A stretch of DNA of 64,000 nt from Camelus dromedarius (lineage: Eukaryota). Positions 25,209 through 38,165 of this stretch are shown here, in pieces; position 1 is the stretch's first letter; every line of letters starts with the position of its first letter. The notes below the pieces were generated by a model. That model was not told the DNA's origin, did not search any database, and saw only the letters and a program-made list of their open reading frames with translations. The DNA lies in NCBI RefSeq assembly GCF_036321535.1, contig NC_087437.1, positions 15,068,001-15,132,000 of the forward strand, written 5' to 3'. A program made the position numbers and the translations under genes.

Positions 25209-26699
25209 CTGCCAAGAGAGAGCACGCGCCAGTCACGCCCCACCCACCGTGTTGTCCTGGCCTCAACAGCTGGCCTCCAGACCTGGTCTTTCTCCCAGGT
25301 CTTCTGGGAGTGGCTCCAGAAACAAAGGTGAGAGGAGGGGAGAGTGTGGGCTCCCTGCTTTGGGGGGGTGCAGTCCTTGTCTGGTGGGAGAGGCACCCTC
25401 CTCTCCCGGGGGTCCATTCCTCCTCTCCGGGTGCAGGCATGGAGGGATCAGTTCCTTCCTCCCCGGAGGCAGGATGACCCAGCTGGGAAAGGGGGGACCA
25501 TGATCAACACCCGAGCTTGTCGGCCTTCAGCACCCCTGTGGGCAGCCTCAGGCTCTGGCCCCAAAGGGGTGGTTCTTTTTAGAAGGACAGAGGTCATTCT
25601 GTCCCACAGAAGATGGTGTCCCCCTGGCCTGGGATGTCCCCCCAGGGCTATGAATCCCAGAGCCCTCACTACTGGACGAACCCAGCACTGGGTCACGCTG
25701 GAGAGCCCTACTGCCAAAGGCACCAACATCTTTACCAAACCTGGCAGCTCCCAAGGATGAGGAATGTGGGAAGATGAAGGGACTCTGAGACCTTCTGGTT
25801 CAACCTCTCCTATTACAGAGGGGGAGCTGAGGCTGCACCTTGAGATCCTTCTGTGATGGCCTGTGGGCACCTGTGCCTGTGGCTGTGGGGACCTGGCCAG
25901 GCTGGACGCTGCTCCCAGGCCGCTGCTTTTAATTTGGCTCACATAAACAAACAGCACTGTCAGCTCTCCAAGGCCCTTGGGCTCTTGAGGGCTCCTTTCC
26001 ATAAGATGCCTTCTTTTCCAGCCTTGTAGGGGCCAGCAGAAATCACTGACATCACTGATTCTGCTCCGTGGGGTTCAGTTTCATTCTTATTTGTGGTCCT
26101 CCCAGACTGGGTAGACCTCTGAGCTAGGGGGGCCTCAGAGCTCCACAGAGAGGAAAAATGAGGGCTGTGGACTAGATCTGCCTGTCACCCTGGACTCTGT
26201 GCAGTGCCGTTAAGCTCAGGGCTTGCCCTGGACAGTGGGGCTGAGGGTGGGGGTCTGCCTTCCTCATGGTCCTCTCCCCTCCCCCAAACACACAGGCTTC
26301 GTTCAGTTTGGCTCCACAACTCCTGTCACATACACTGGCCTTTACATAGGACACATTTGAAAACGGCCGGCTTGGGGGCTCCCCATCAATCAGGGAGACC
26401 TGTCCCAGGAAAAGCAAAGGGGGCCAAGATGTCTGTCGGGTCAAGGTCAGAGCCAACACCAGCCCTGTGCATGGAAGCTCTGTGCACCCAGCCCCGCTGG
26501 TGTCCCTCGGTACCTCCCCCTCTGGCCCCACACCCATTATCCTGCCTTTCAATGCAGGGTTCAGATAGAGTGGTCCACCCACACGGTGAAACAGGAGGCA
26601 GCCTCTTAGAATTAGGGTGAGAATGTAGCCTTATTGAAAGGGAAAGACATCTTGTAGATTCAAAAAATAACTAGTAGTTTGGAGAAGAATATGAGCCCT

Positions 26700-26890
26700 A
26701 ATTTATAAAACTTATGCAGCCTAATTGAATATCCAGAGAACAAGTCTGGAAGATCATGGCTCCTTCTGGGTGATGGGACTGCAGTGGCCTTTGTGTGTAC
26801 GTGTGCTCACCTCAGCGTACTTTCTAATTTTTCTATAACGAACACATGATACTTTGGAAATAGAGCAACAGTAAAAGCTTTTAAATTAAA
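26700..26890 (+). mobile_element. Old L1 (L1ME-like) 3' end
   Basis: aagtctggaag...ctgggtgatgggactgcag...tttctaatttttctataacgaacacatgatacttt. Confidence 0.5.
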
Positions 26891-27536
26891 AATATTCTTT
26901 CATAAGAAAATATAGCCAAAATTTAACAATGTCTTTCTCGTTTCTTGTTTCTTTGTTCCAGAACCATTGCCCCAGGCCTGCAAAGGTATGCATCACACTA
27001 GGGCCATGAATCTTGGCCCACCTCCACCATCTCTCCCTAGGGGAGTGGGGGGTGGCGCTGGGCTTTTCTCAGACTTTCGTGCTCTACTGAAGGGATCCAA
27101 GTTCTAGCGCCAGAATTTTTAAACTTCCATCTCCTGCACAGGCAGACTCTGCCAAGGCTGTGGCATACACTGTGTGCTGCTTGCAGAGGTTTCTGGCCCA
27201 CCCCGCCTAAGTGGCCACTTTGGGGCAGAACTGGTATTTGAATCTATGCGTGCCTGACTCAAAGTCCTTAATGAAACCAAGTCTGAAAGGGCAGCTTTGA
27301 AAAGCACAACACACATTTTGCAGGGACGGAGGAGCCAGGCTTGGGGAGATTCCTCTACCCATCCCCAGTTACAGCCAAATGCCTGAGCCCTCTGACCTCT
27401 GTAGGTGGCTGGGACCTTACCCCTACTTCCTCCCAGGCAGAGCTGTTCTGGAAAGGGGCGGGCTGGGAGTTTTGCTGAAATCCAAGACGAAGAGATGAAA
27501 CAAACGCACAGTATAAAGAGTCAAGACGTTGGTTTT

Positions 27537-28014
27537 GGTGAAATAAGCCAGACACAGAAAGACAAACGCTGTATGATTTCACTTAGATGCAGGATCTAAA
27601 AGAGTCAAACACATAGAAGCAGAGAGTAGAATGGTGGCTTGGGGGAGGGGGAAATGGGGAGATGTTGGTCAAAGGGTAAAAGGTTTCAGTTATTCCAGAT
27701 AAGTTCTGGAGATCTACTAGACAGCATAGTGCCTATAGATAACGATACTGCGTTGTAGACTTAAAATTTGCTAGGAGGGTAGATCTTAAGTGTTCTTAAT
27801 ACACACACACACACATACAGACACACACACAGTAATAATAAAGGGGCAGGAGGAAACTTTGGGAGGTGATGTATTATGTCTGTGGCCGTGATGGTAGTGA
27901 TGGCTTCACAGGTGCATACTCATCCCCAAACTCATCAAATTTTATACATTAATATGTACAGCTTTTTACATGTCAATCATACCTCAAAAAAGGCATTTAA
28001 AAAAAATAAATAAA
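27537..28014 (+). mobile_element. L1MA/L1MB-type 3' end inserted into a MIR
   Basis: gaaataagccagacacagaaagacaaa...gatcttaagtgttct...ggaaactttgggaggtgatg...A-tail. Flanked by ttggtttt at 27529-36 and 28015-22; the MIR resumes at 28023-28080. Confidence 0.85.
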
Positions 28015-29434
28015 TTGGTTTTAGCCCTAGGTAGCTGTGTGACCTTAAGTTTCTAAACCTCTCTGAGCCTCAGTTTCCCTTGAGGCAGAGACCATAAGGT
28101 GAATGGATAGAAAGAGTCCCTGTGGGTCATTAAAGGGCTGGAAGACTGTGGTTCCAGAAAGGGGCACAGGCCTGAGTAACTGGACCCAAGGGTCAGTCAG
28201 TGTGGCTGAGGGCTGTCCCTGCCCTCTGGTAGGAAGGCTGGGGTGACTCAGTGATGCTCCAAGGGCCTGATTCTCAGGATCGTCATGTTAGTCTGGAAGC
28301 ACAAAACTGTTAAATGTTCCTGCTGAGAAAGAGACCATGAGTGGCCCACCCGTCACCACACAGGAACCCTTCCGCCAGCACTGCCCCGGGTCCAGCACTC
28401 AGACACAGGGGTGTGGTGCTGGCAGTCTCACGCCCACCCCTAGGGTGGCTGTGGGCAGGCAAGGCCCAGAGATATTGGAAGGGCTGGATTGGGAGCCTGA
28501 GACCCAAGTTCTCATCGTGATCTGAGACTCTCATGTCAGTGATCTTGACTTTGAAAGACCTCAGAGGACTTTGGGGAAGGCGTCAAGCACTGCAGAGGGT
28601 GGGCGGTTGCCAGAGGGCCAGCGGGCCAGTGTCAGGCTCACAGCTCACGCCGTGCACTCACTTCAGCAGCCACACAGGACACCCCAGAGGCTGAGCGTGC
28701 ACCCGCCCTGGGCTGTGCCAGACCCAATGGTTCAGGAAGGAGAGCAGAGCAGCTGCGAGGCCTGGGAAACCCTCCCTCCGATCCTCGCTGCCAAGTGCAG
28801 CTGCACAGTCCCGCAGCCCGGCTCACTTCCCTCTGCCAATTCTCACTGAGTTGATGCACATCTAAAGGGCTCGTAAATAGAAAAGCTGCTGCCAAGTTTT
28901 CAAATGGGCATTTCTTTTTAGAAGAGTCAAACAAATTTCAAGTAGATTTTTCAGCAAAGTTTGAAGCTCCCTAAAACCGTGGGCTGCTGTCACTTGTAAA
29001 GGTGCCTGGTTGTGCTGTCTCTGTCCGGGGGTGACAGCAGTTCCCTGTCGCGTGTCATCTTGTGAGCTACAGGAGGGCAGGGCCAGGTCTACCCTATACG
29101 CATGAGAGGCTTAAAGATCACCTGAAGGCAAATGACATCCTGAGAAAGACATGCAAAGAATCGACCCCTGCTTCCAGTTTGGCCAGGGAAGGTCCACACC
29201 CAGGCCCGTCAGCTGCCGGGGAGGATGCCTGCTTCACAGGGGGAAAGCTTGGAGGGTGGGTCCTGAAAAGAAACCTGGACCAAATTTGGCTCACTCTCAG
29301 CTGTTCAGTTCTTTGGTAGTGGGCTTGGGCGGGCACTCTGCTGGGGTGACTGAGACAGCATAGGTGCTGTCCTTACAAACCCTCGTCTTCTGTGTACGCA
29401 CATCATCAAAGGAGCCACCGCAGCATTGTCTGGT

Positions 29435-30200
29435 CAAACCAAAACCTCAGCGAGATACCGCTTCACAGCCATCAGGACAGTTATTATCAAAAAACAGAAA
29501 ACAACAAGTGTTGGGTAAGATGTGGAGAAACTGGAACCCTTATGTCTTGCTGGTAAGAATGTGAAATGGTGCAGCCACTGTGTAAAACAGTGTGGAAGTT
29601 CATCAAAAAATTAAAAAATAGAACTACTACCTTATCCAGCATTTACACTTCTGGGTATTTACTCAAAAGAATTAAAAGCTGGGACTTGAATGGATATTTG
29701 TACACCAGTGTTCACAGTAGGATTATTTACAACAGTCAAAAGATGGAAACAACCCAAATGTCCATCAATGGGTGAATGGATAAACATAATGTGGTATACA
29801 CATACAATGGGGTATTAGTGAGCCTTGAAAAGGAAGGGACTTCTGAAACACCCTACATACAAAATGAATAAACCTTGAAGATGCTATGCTAAGTGAAATA
29901 AGCTTGACACCGAAGTACAAACATTGCATGATTCCATCTATATGAGGAACCCAGAAGAGACAGATTCATAAAGACAGAAAGTAGAATGGTGGCTGCCAGG
30001 GGCTGGGGGTAGGAGGAATCGGGAGTTGGTGTTTGATGGGTCCAGTTTCACTTGGGAAAGACAAAAAAGTTCTGAAGATGGACGGTGATAATGGTTGTAC
30101 AACAGTGTGAATGTACTTACGTAATGCCACTGAACTGGACACTTCCCAGGGGTTACAATGGCAAATTTCATGTTATGTATATTTTACCATGATATAAAAA
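29435..30200 (+). mobile_element. L1MB-type ORF2 end and 3'UTR
   Basis: gagataccgcttcac...gatgtggagaaactggaaccc...caacccaaatgtccatc...gcaaatttcatgttatgtatattttacc. Confidence 0.9.
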
Positions 30201-30594
30201 TACAGCCTGGTACCCACTGAGTTGGGAGAGGACAGGGTACCAGAGAGCACGTGGGGAAGGCACCAGACCCAGAGCTGCTGGCGAGAGCATTTGTGAAGGA
30301 CTCCTGGAGGAAGCGGCTTTTGAGCTGAGAAGATCAACAGGAGGAGACAGCAGATCAGTGGGGAGGAGGGGGGAGGAGCAGCTCACAGGTTCAGTGTGGT
30401 TGCTGTGCAGACACAACCAGGGCGAAGTCTGGGCGCCCCTGGGGGCTGGTGCGTCCTGGGAAGGGGCCTGGATTGCATCCTAAGGAGAACTCTGGAGGCT
30501 GAAGATCAAAAGCGGGTGGTGTAACAACACACTGAAGGGATTAAGACCGGTTTTCAAGATCTGTGTGTAAAAAGCAGAGTTGACCCAGTCGAGT

Positions 30595-30830
30595 TTAGGA
30601 GTTTGAGGTTTGCAAAGTTTAACCACTATATATAAAAACAGATTTAAAAAAATTCTTCTGTACAGCACAGGGAACCATATTCAATATCTTATAATAACCT
30701 TTAATGAAAAAGAATATGAAAATGAATACAGGGATGTATCTGCATGACGGGGACATCGTGCTGTACATCAGAAACTGACATGCTGTAACTGACTGTACTT
30801 CAATAAATTTTTTAAAAATTTAAAACTTTT
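30595..30830 (+). mobile_element. Lineage-specific L1, 3'UTR tip
   Basis: Aligns by eye to 588-810 of this window (gagtttg...cagcacagggaac...gactgtacttcaataaa). Confidence 0.9.
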
Positions 30831-33814
30831 TAAGAAGAGCTGCTTCGGTAGTGATAGGTGAGGCTATGCGCTGCAAGAGAGGCGGGCAGGGAGCGCTGGT
30901 CTGCTCCACAGCTGTGTGGACAGGGGCGCCCAGCCCAGAGCGGGTGTGTCCAAGACGCCCAAGGCCAGGCTTGCTGTCCGGGAGCAAGAGCCTGAGAAAC
31001 CAAGGGCCGGAGAGTAAGTAAGTGCTTCTTTTAAGAGTTCTAGTTCTCGATTTTGCTGATTCTTATTATTTTACTAAATTTGCAGTTCTTAGAACATTGT
31101 AGTTGGCTTGGCTGGCAAAATTATTTTTTGTGAGCCATTTAACAGTCATCAAAGATCGTAAAAATGTTGACTGGCTTATTAAGTCTTCACACGGCACTTT
31201 GCATAGTGCACCAGTGCCACAAAAATCCTCATGAAATTTCATGTAGTGAAGTGTCCAGGAGGCAAAACTCTCTGGGGATGGTTTAACTGTTATCATTAAC
31301 TTTTAGAATGTCAGATTACATGTCAGAAACTGCCTTTATTAAAAATGTGTATTTAAAAAAAATGATCAATGGGCCCCCATTAAATCCCAGTCTCCTGAGT
31401 TGTTCTTTGGCTATTCTGCATTCCAAATTGATTCAAGATCTCTCAACACACTCTATTTTTCCTTCTGCCAGCCCTGAATGGGTCCAAATCCACCCTGGAC
31501 CAGGCTGTGACACTGGTGAAAGGAAAGAGCAGTTACAATCACCCCTGGAAGGCCACCTTCCCCGACTCAGGGAGGGAGGCAGCAGCTGGCTGTCCGTCCT
31601 GGAGGAAGGGTGTGGTGATGGTAGGACCTGCTGCTTCCTGGTGTGATGCGGAGACAGGTTTTTGTGTCAGAGGCAGACGGAATGCGGGCTTTCCAAGAAC
31701 TTGTGCCTGGGACTCCCCGCAGTGGGTAGCCGTAGCCAGCTAATTCTGGTGAAGACAGAGCCTTCTAGAATTTAGATCATCAGGCTCTTTTCTTGAAAGT
31801 AAGAGGACAGTGATGGGGGAGTGGGAGGAAAAGATCAGGAGCCTTTGGCAGAACTAGGGGGCTTGGCTTTCTTCAGCCCACTCCACCCCTCCTCCCTGGA
31901 GCGGATTCAGAAGTTCCGCCCACGTGAAGAAGGAAGAGCGCCCTCTCCCCATCTCCCACGCATTCCAGCAAAGGCCCCAGACCCAGTTCCCTCCAGTGGC
32001 TCCAGAGGCTCACCGCCCACCTCCTCCGACCTGCCCACCGTGTCAGATCCTGTGGTAAGGTCAGAGAAATGCCTGCCCAGTCCAGCCACCACAGGATCGG
32101 GGCCGCCTGCCTGTCTGGAGGGGCCTGGGAAAGGGCAGACGGCAGTGTGATCGTTAGCTGGCTGTCAGTCTATGTCTCATCTTTCCCGAGGCCCACTTCT
32201 GGAAGGCTCAAGTTTATCAGAGCACATTCTTCTTCCCACAAGACACCAGAGGTCTGGCTGTGCCAGTTTTCACAGGGCTGTGAGAGGCTAACCAGAAACA
32301 GGCCGGGACGCCCCCGCACCCCCGGCTACCCCTGCGCCATCCCAGCTACACGCGAGTCAACCCTCTGCCTCATCCCACTATTTAAATAAGAATTTTGGCT
32401 CGAATTTCTGGACAGGTTTGGAAGGGCAGGGACACAGTGGCAGGAAGGTCTATCTCCCTGGAATGGAGCCCACGGGGGTGGGGCAGATCTAGGCAGACCA
32501 AGGTCTGGCCACTCCATTGTTCAAGGACCCATGCTCCAGGCTGAGGCAGGTGGGAGGCTGTCAAGGGTTCAATAAGAGGTCTCTTCACAAAGATCTAGCA
32601 CTGAGGCCAAGAGAGGGCCTTGGAAGGGTCGAGCAACATAGGAAGGCCATGGCAAGTGGCTTTGACAAGTCCTTCCTGTCACTCTGGTAGAAGAGAGAAT
32701 TCTGCCAGGAAGCAGAAGGGCAGCCCCGAGTTCTCCTCCAAGTCATGGTTCTCGAGAGCCACCCACTACCTCTCTGCTCTGAAGGGGGCACGATTTGTGA
32801 ATGAGCAGAGCCAAAGGAGGAGGAGGTTAGCAAGACCCAAACCTCAGACGCGATCCATAAGAGAACAATAGGGAAAGGCAGCGGTCTTCCGGAGGGTTTT
32901 CTGGAAGTGTGGCCAAGGGGCCAAGGCTATCAGCAAACTCCTGGAACTTCATTCAGAATTTCCTCTCTGAAGGACCTATTTCCTCACCCTCCTAAATTCT
33001 GCTCTTCCACAGTTCTTCCTGAAACCCTGGCAACACCCACGGCAGGTCTGGAACAGCCTGTCTCAAACTCACTCATGATTGAGATCTCGAAGTCATTTAT
33101 AAAGTGGATTGTTTGCACATCAGAAGTGATGGAGTTTCCCATGGAGTTCACAGAGCCTTGTTAGTTCATAATGCCCCTGTGATCACGTGTGTTGTCTTCC
33201 CATGAGGCTAAGCCTCCACGTATACAATGACTTCTATGTGCATATGCATTTGGAGTTTCATTTTTGGGCAACTAGGAGAACATATTCTTCTGCACCAGCA
33301 GAAACTAACAGAGTTGGGGTTGACAGTCTGAGTCACATGGTGAAGCAATGGAAGGATCCATTCAAATCTTGGTTCTACTGCTCACTGGTCAGGGAACGCT
33401 CAGAGCCTCAATCTCTTCACCTCCAAAATAGATACAGATATTAATACCTGCCTTGCAATATTCTTATTCAGATTGAAACTAATGACAATATTATAACCTG
33501 GATCATCGCAATCCTACAATAAGATCAATTTTTATTCAAAGAGGCCAGAAACTCAGGGAAATTTAAATGAATAAGGGAGATGGCAGAACCCTAGAGACAA
33601 GCAATATTGCCCAGGTTTTTAAGAACTTGGGGACTGTGTTCAGAAACAAGAGACAAGTAGGATCAACGCTGGCCACCAGCAATGGATGGATGTAATAAAG
33701 GAGTGACAGGGCAAGTGGGCTGCTTGCAAGGCTTCACATTCATGAAGGAAAAGAGTGAGCTCAAGGGAGTGGAAGAAGAGGGTTCCTCGGCTCTGCTCTC
33801 AAGACTGAGTTTCC

Positions 33815-34298
33815 CAACCCAAATGTCCATCAACAGATGACTGGATAGAGAAGATGTGGTGTATATATACAATGGAATATTACTCAGCCATACAAAGAAT
33901 AAAATAATGCCATTTGCAGCAACATGAATGGATCTGGAGACTGTCATTCCAAGTGCAGTAAGCCAGAAACAGAAGGAAAAAATACCATGTGATATTGCTT
34001 ATATGTGGAATCTAAAAAAAAGGACACAAATGAACTTATTTACAAAACAGAAACAGACTCATAGATATAGAGGACAAACTTATGGTTACCAGGGGTTAAA
34101 GGGGGTGGGAAGGGATAAATTGGGAGTTTGAAAATTGCACTTCTTGGGGAATGATGGAAACGTTAGCTATCTTGATTGTGGTGGTGATTTCATGGGTGTA
34201 CACATCTATGAAAATTCATCAAATTGTACATTTAAAATATGTGTAGTTTACTGTACAGGAATTATACCACAATAAACGTTAAATAGGTGTTTTAAAAA
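33815..34298 (+). mobile_element. Chimeric L1 insertion (young L1 body with an older L1M-type tail) flanked by a 14-bp TSD
   Basis: 33815-34139 matches the L1 at 270-607. 34140-34298 is a different, older-type L1 3' end. TSD aaga[c/g]tgagtttcc at 33801-14 and 34299-312. Confidence 0.85.
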
Positions 34299-34689
34299 AA
34301 GAGTGAGTTTCCAAGACTAGTTCTGAGGCTGAGGCTGGATGCTCCCTCCCACATGGCCACTCTGGCACTAGAGGGACCGTGGAAAATGCCTATTTGTATT
34401 GATGAGGCCATGTGACCAATGAGCTAGGTGCGAGAGGGCAGGTCCACTGTGCGATACAACAGGCTGGGTGCCACATCGCTGGCAAGGGGCTCGCCCCTCC
34501 CCCCACCCCCAGCCCTGCACACGCGCCCACCCCTGAGGAATTGCCACCAAGCTGAGGAAAGAGGCATCACCTGGCTTGACTTACCATCAAAACTGTTTCT
34601 TAGTGGACAGGAGAGAAAGAAGACATACCTGAGGGAGCAGGATGGCAGCTCAGAGATACTTAATTTTCATGTTCAAAGAGATGTGCACT

Positions 34690-34780
34690 GTGGGGGAAAG
34701 TATAGCTCAGTGGTAGAGCATGTGCTTAGCATGGATGAGGTCCTGGGTTCAATCCCCAGTACCTCCTTGAAAAAAAAAAG
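34690..34780 (+). mobile_element. tRNA-Ala(AGC)-derived SINE or retropseudogene, head-only form
   Basis: gtatagctcagtggtagagcatgtgcttagcatggatgaggtcctgggttcaatccccagtacctcc carries A and B boxes and is followed by poly(A). agagatgtg is repeated at 34677-85 and 34783-91. Confidence 0.85.
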
Positions 34781-35334
34781 AGAGAGATGTGAGCTTAATT
34801 TGCACCCCCAATTGGGAGTGAAGCAGAACTTACTTTTCACAAATTTAGTAATAGGCTGATGAGCAACAAGTTGAAGGGGGAGAAAAAGGGGACTAGCCGA
34901 GCCAACATGAGTTCATCTAGAGCCAGTCAAGCCGAACCAGCCTCATTTCCTTTGTTAATGGGGCTCCCAGACCAGCAGGAAGCTGTAACACAGTGTTACT
35001 CTACTGGAGGAAGCCTTTTGACAAAGTCTGTCGAGATATTCTGACAGATACCCAGACAAGATTCAGACACGTGGCTGGAGAGGCCTCTGGGGACAACCAG
35101 CTCAAAGTGTACCCAGGGCCCATGTGACCTGGAAGATGGTGGCCCTGGCAGAACACCATGCAACACCACTGTCCCAGGCTTGGGGGAAAGCTGAGAACAG
35201 CTGACAACCTTGAGAATGACATGAATTACACGAAGCCGGCTGGGAGCGATGGCTCAGGAAACAGTCCACAGGCTGAAAATTCAAAATCAGAACCAAGGCT
35301 ACAAGGAGGGGCTCCAACCAAAGGGAATGAATCT

Positions 35335-35600
35335 AATGGAGTCAGCTGGGGTTGCTGGACCAAAGAATCACAGACTGAGCAGCTTACGAACAACAGAGTA
35401 AGTCCTCACGGTTCTGGAGGCTGGAAGTCCAAGCTCAGGGAGCCAGCCTGGGCGGGTTCTGGTGGGGGTGGACTGCTGGCTTCCCATTACATCCTCACAG
35501 GCCAGCCCTCTGGCCTCTGCTACGAGGGCACTAATCCCCCCTCGGAGCTCCGCTTCCGCGAGCGCCCCACCTCCAAATACCTGACTTCTCCCTGCAGTTT
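35335..35600 (-). mobile_element. MaLR LTR (MLT1A-like)
   Basis: ctcacggttctggaggctggaagtccaag...gagggcactaatccc...ccacctccaaatacc. Confidence 0.75.
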
Positions 35601-36734
35601 CCCCGCTATGAGACCTCGGAGCCACACATCCTCTCATGGTGGCTAATCCAAGGTCTGAGCCCTGAAAAGTCCTTTTGTTCCTGAGAGAAAAAAACTACTC
35701 CTGCTGGTTTCCTGCGTCCGGGTGGGCAGCTCACGCCCCAAATGTGCCTGGCGGTTCCCACGTCAAGCCTTTGGGCCACAGGAGGCGTCTGAGCATATCT
35801 GGCAGCTTCGGCTCTACCAAGCACGGCAAGAAGAGCGGAAAGTACCTCCCCGTGTCCTCTGGGATCCTTGGGGAGCCCAAGGCCTCTTGCAGGAGGGATC
35901 AATGGTTTCTTCAAACCCCATTCCCCAGCAGGACAGGGGCTGGCATCCTGCTTCTGTGGCGCCATCTGCCACACCCTGATGGTTTTCCTGGGGTGCCCAG
36001 AGCCACTCGGATAGTAACCTGCCTTCCTTTTTCACCCTGGGTGCTGCCTCTGTCAAGGAGACCTTCCCCCTGGCCTTGGGTGGGCCTGAGACACACAGTC
36101 TGCCAAGGGTCCCCAAGACCCACACTCCCCGGGGAGGGGGCAGGATGCCGTTGGCGCCTAGGCTTCCCCCTCCACCAACCAGACCTGAAGCAGTCCTGCC
36201 CCTCAGCCTCAATCCTCAGCAGGGAAATGAGTAAACCAGCCTCCAGGAGAAGGGGAGTCACGCTCAGGTCCAGATCCTTACTGGGGCCTGAGCTGGAGAC
36301 CCAGCAGAACAAGGGGATCTTGTTTCCAGGCCAGCTAGGGTAGAGGGGCAGAGTGGGACTCTCCCACAAGTCACATGTTATGAGAGCCTGACAGAGGCAA
36401 CCCCCGCCAGGCCAGGTGCTGGGGCCATGGCCACAGAGATGCCCGGTCTCCCGCGGCCCTGGCTCCTTCCCTGACTGCCCCTGATGTGCCACACAGCAGC
36501 CTGGGTTTCCTGTCATTTCTCCACACGCATTGCTGCTCTTTCCTGTATTGTGCATTGGAAATATGTTCCACATCAAGTCTCCGTAGGCTTTGTTGTGCTC
36601 ATCTGTTTGAGGCTATTTTTCTCTCAGCTGCCTTAATAACACCCATGTGTTTGGTGATTTTTTTTGTCCCCCTCTTATTGTTTTCTCTTCCTTTTCAGGT
36701 TAAACAGATCCAACTGGCCGGGCTGTGCAAATCC

Positions 36735-37050
36735 CCCGTCCCCCACCCAGACCGCCCACCCCCTCTCCCGCCCAACACTTACACACTTAACCCCACACAC
36801 CCCCACCCTCACACTCCCACCCCAAACCCTGCCACGCTTCCTCTTCACGGTTCCCCCTGCCACTGTCTCCACCCTCACACGTCCACACGGACCTTCGCAT
36901 ACATCCATCTCCGCACGTCAACACGGACCTCACACACGTCCTCACCCCCACCCTCTCCACCTCCACGTACATCCACCTCCCATCCTCTCCCTGCCACCTC
37001 CTCACACTCAACCCCTACACACAGCCCCCCACAAACACACACCTCTCCCT
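36735..37050. repeat. C/A-rich low-complexity tract
   Basis: Degenerate cacac/cccac/ccctc runs. Confidence 0.8.
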
Positions 37051-37954
37051 GTGCATGACGTGTCTTTCCCTTCCCCCATGGCTTCGGGTGCACCCCTCTC
37101 CCACCACAGCCGGGTGTTCACCACTGAACCGCCCTGAGCTCGTGATCCGGGAGCAGTTCCCTCGGGGGAAGGATGCCAGTTCAGTGGAGTGGGCTCTGCT
37201 CCGGCCCTGCGTGTCCTCCACCGAGGAAGGGACGCAGTCACCTCGAAAGCCCGAGGCGTCCCCTCCCCATGCCTTCCTACCCGCTCCTGCTGGTGAATGA
37301 GCGTGGGTGAGGCGCTGGCAACCTTAATGATAAAGGAGTAGAAAGGACTCTTCCCTTTCTTTTCTGGACTGCTCCAAAAATACCGCTGACTTGCCCGCCC
37401 TGCTTCTACAGGAAGCCCCCTCCTGTGCGCATCCATTGTCTGCGTGGCGCCCGCTTCCCTCTGGACTTGGCTCAAGAGCTCTCCCAAGTTACACCTAGTC
37501 CTACCAGACACCGGTTTCCGAAGAACCTCCTCTTATCTCCCAGGAGAACTGGCCTCGTGTTGGCCTGCTTCCCACCCACTCAAACCTCCCCGAGCCTTCA
37601 AGAAGCGGTCTTAGAGGCTTTGGCTGGATCTTTGGTCTAAAGGCGCCAGGCACATTTCTGGACCCACTGACATTTGGAAAAGGTAAACATTCATAAATGT
37701 CTGCGTGGCCTTTTTAAAATTAGCAATTAGTTGTGAAAGGTCTCCGTGATTCCCACAACGATCAGCCCCTGTTTAATTTTGCTTCCTAAAACACAGAGAT
37801 ACTCTTCATTTCCCACATTCATTTCTGGAGCGGCTTTGCTCCAAGGGGAGGAACTCAGCAGTCAACACGTGATGATAGGTTTGGGGGTCAGGACTTATGA
37901 GTGAGAGATTTCAAACACTGCATCAGGACGGGCAAAGAGAAGTGTGAACAGCGG

Positions 37955-38165
37955 GCATGGGCTAAGCACTTTACTTCCATGATTGTTTTACTTTTGCCCT
38001 CAGTGTGTTTTTGAACACGCTGAACGTGGAGGTGTTATTGCTCCTGTTTTACAGATAAAGAAACTGAGGTCCAGAAAGGTGAAGCAGCAGCTTGCCTAAG
38101 GAGACTTGGCAAGTAAATGGCTGAGCTGGGATCTGAATGTTGAAGTTCACGCTCTCTCTATCCAT
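37955..38165 (-). mobile_element. MIR SINE
   Basis: gttttacagataaagaaactgagg...cttgcctaagg...gagctgggatctgaa. Confidence 0.75.

Noticed and set aside
34692..34766. Functional tRNA-Ala gene
   Set aside because: Altered acceptor and anticodon stems, poly(A) instead of a T-run terminator, and flanking direct repeats indicate a retroposed copy.
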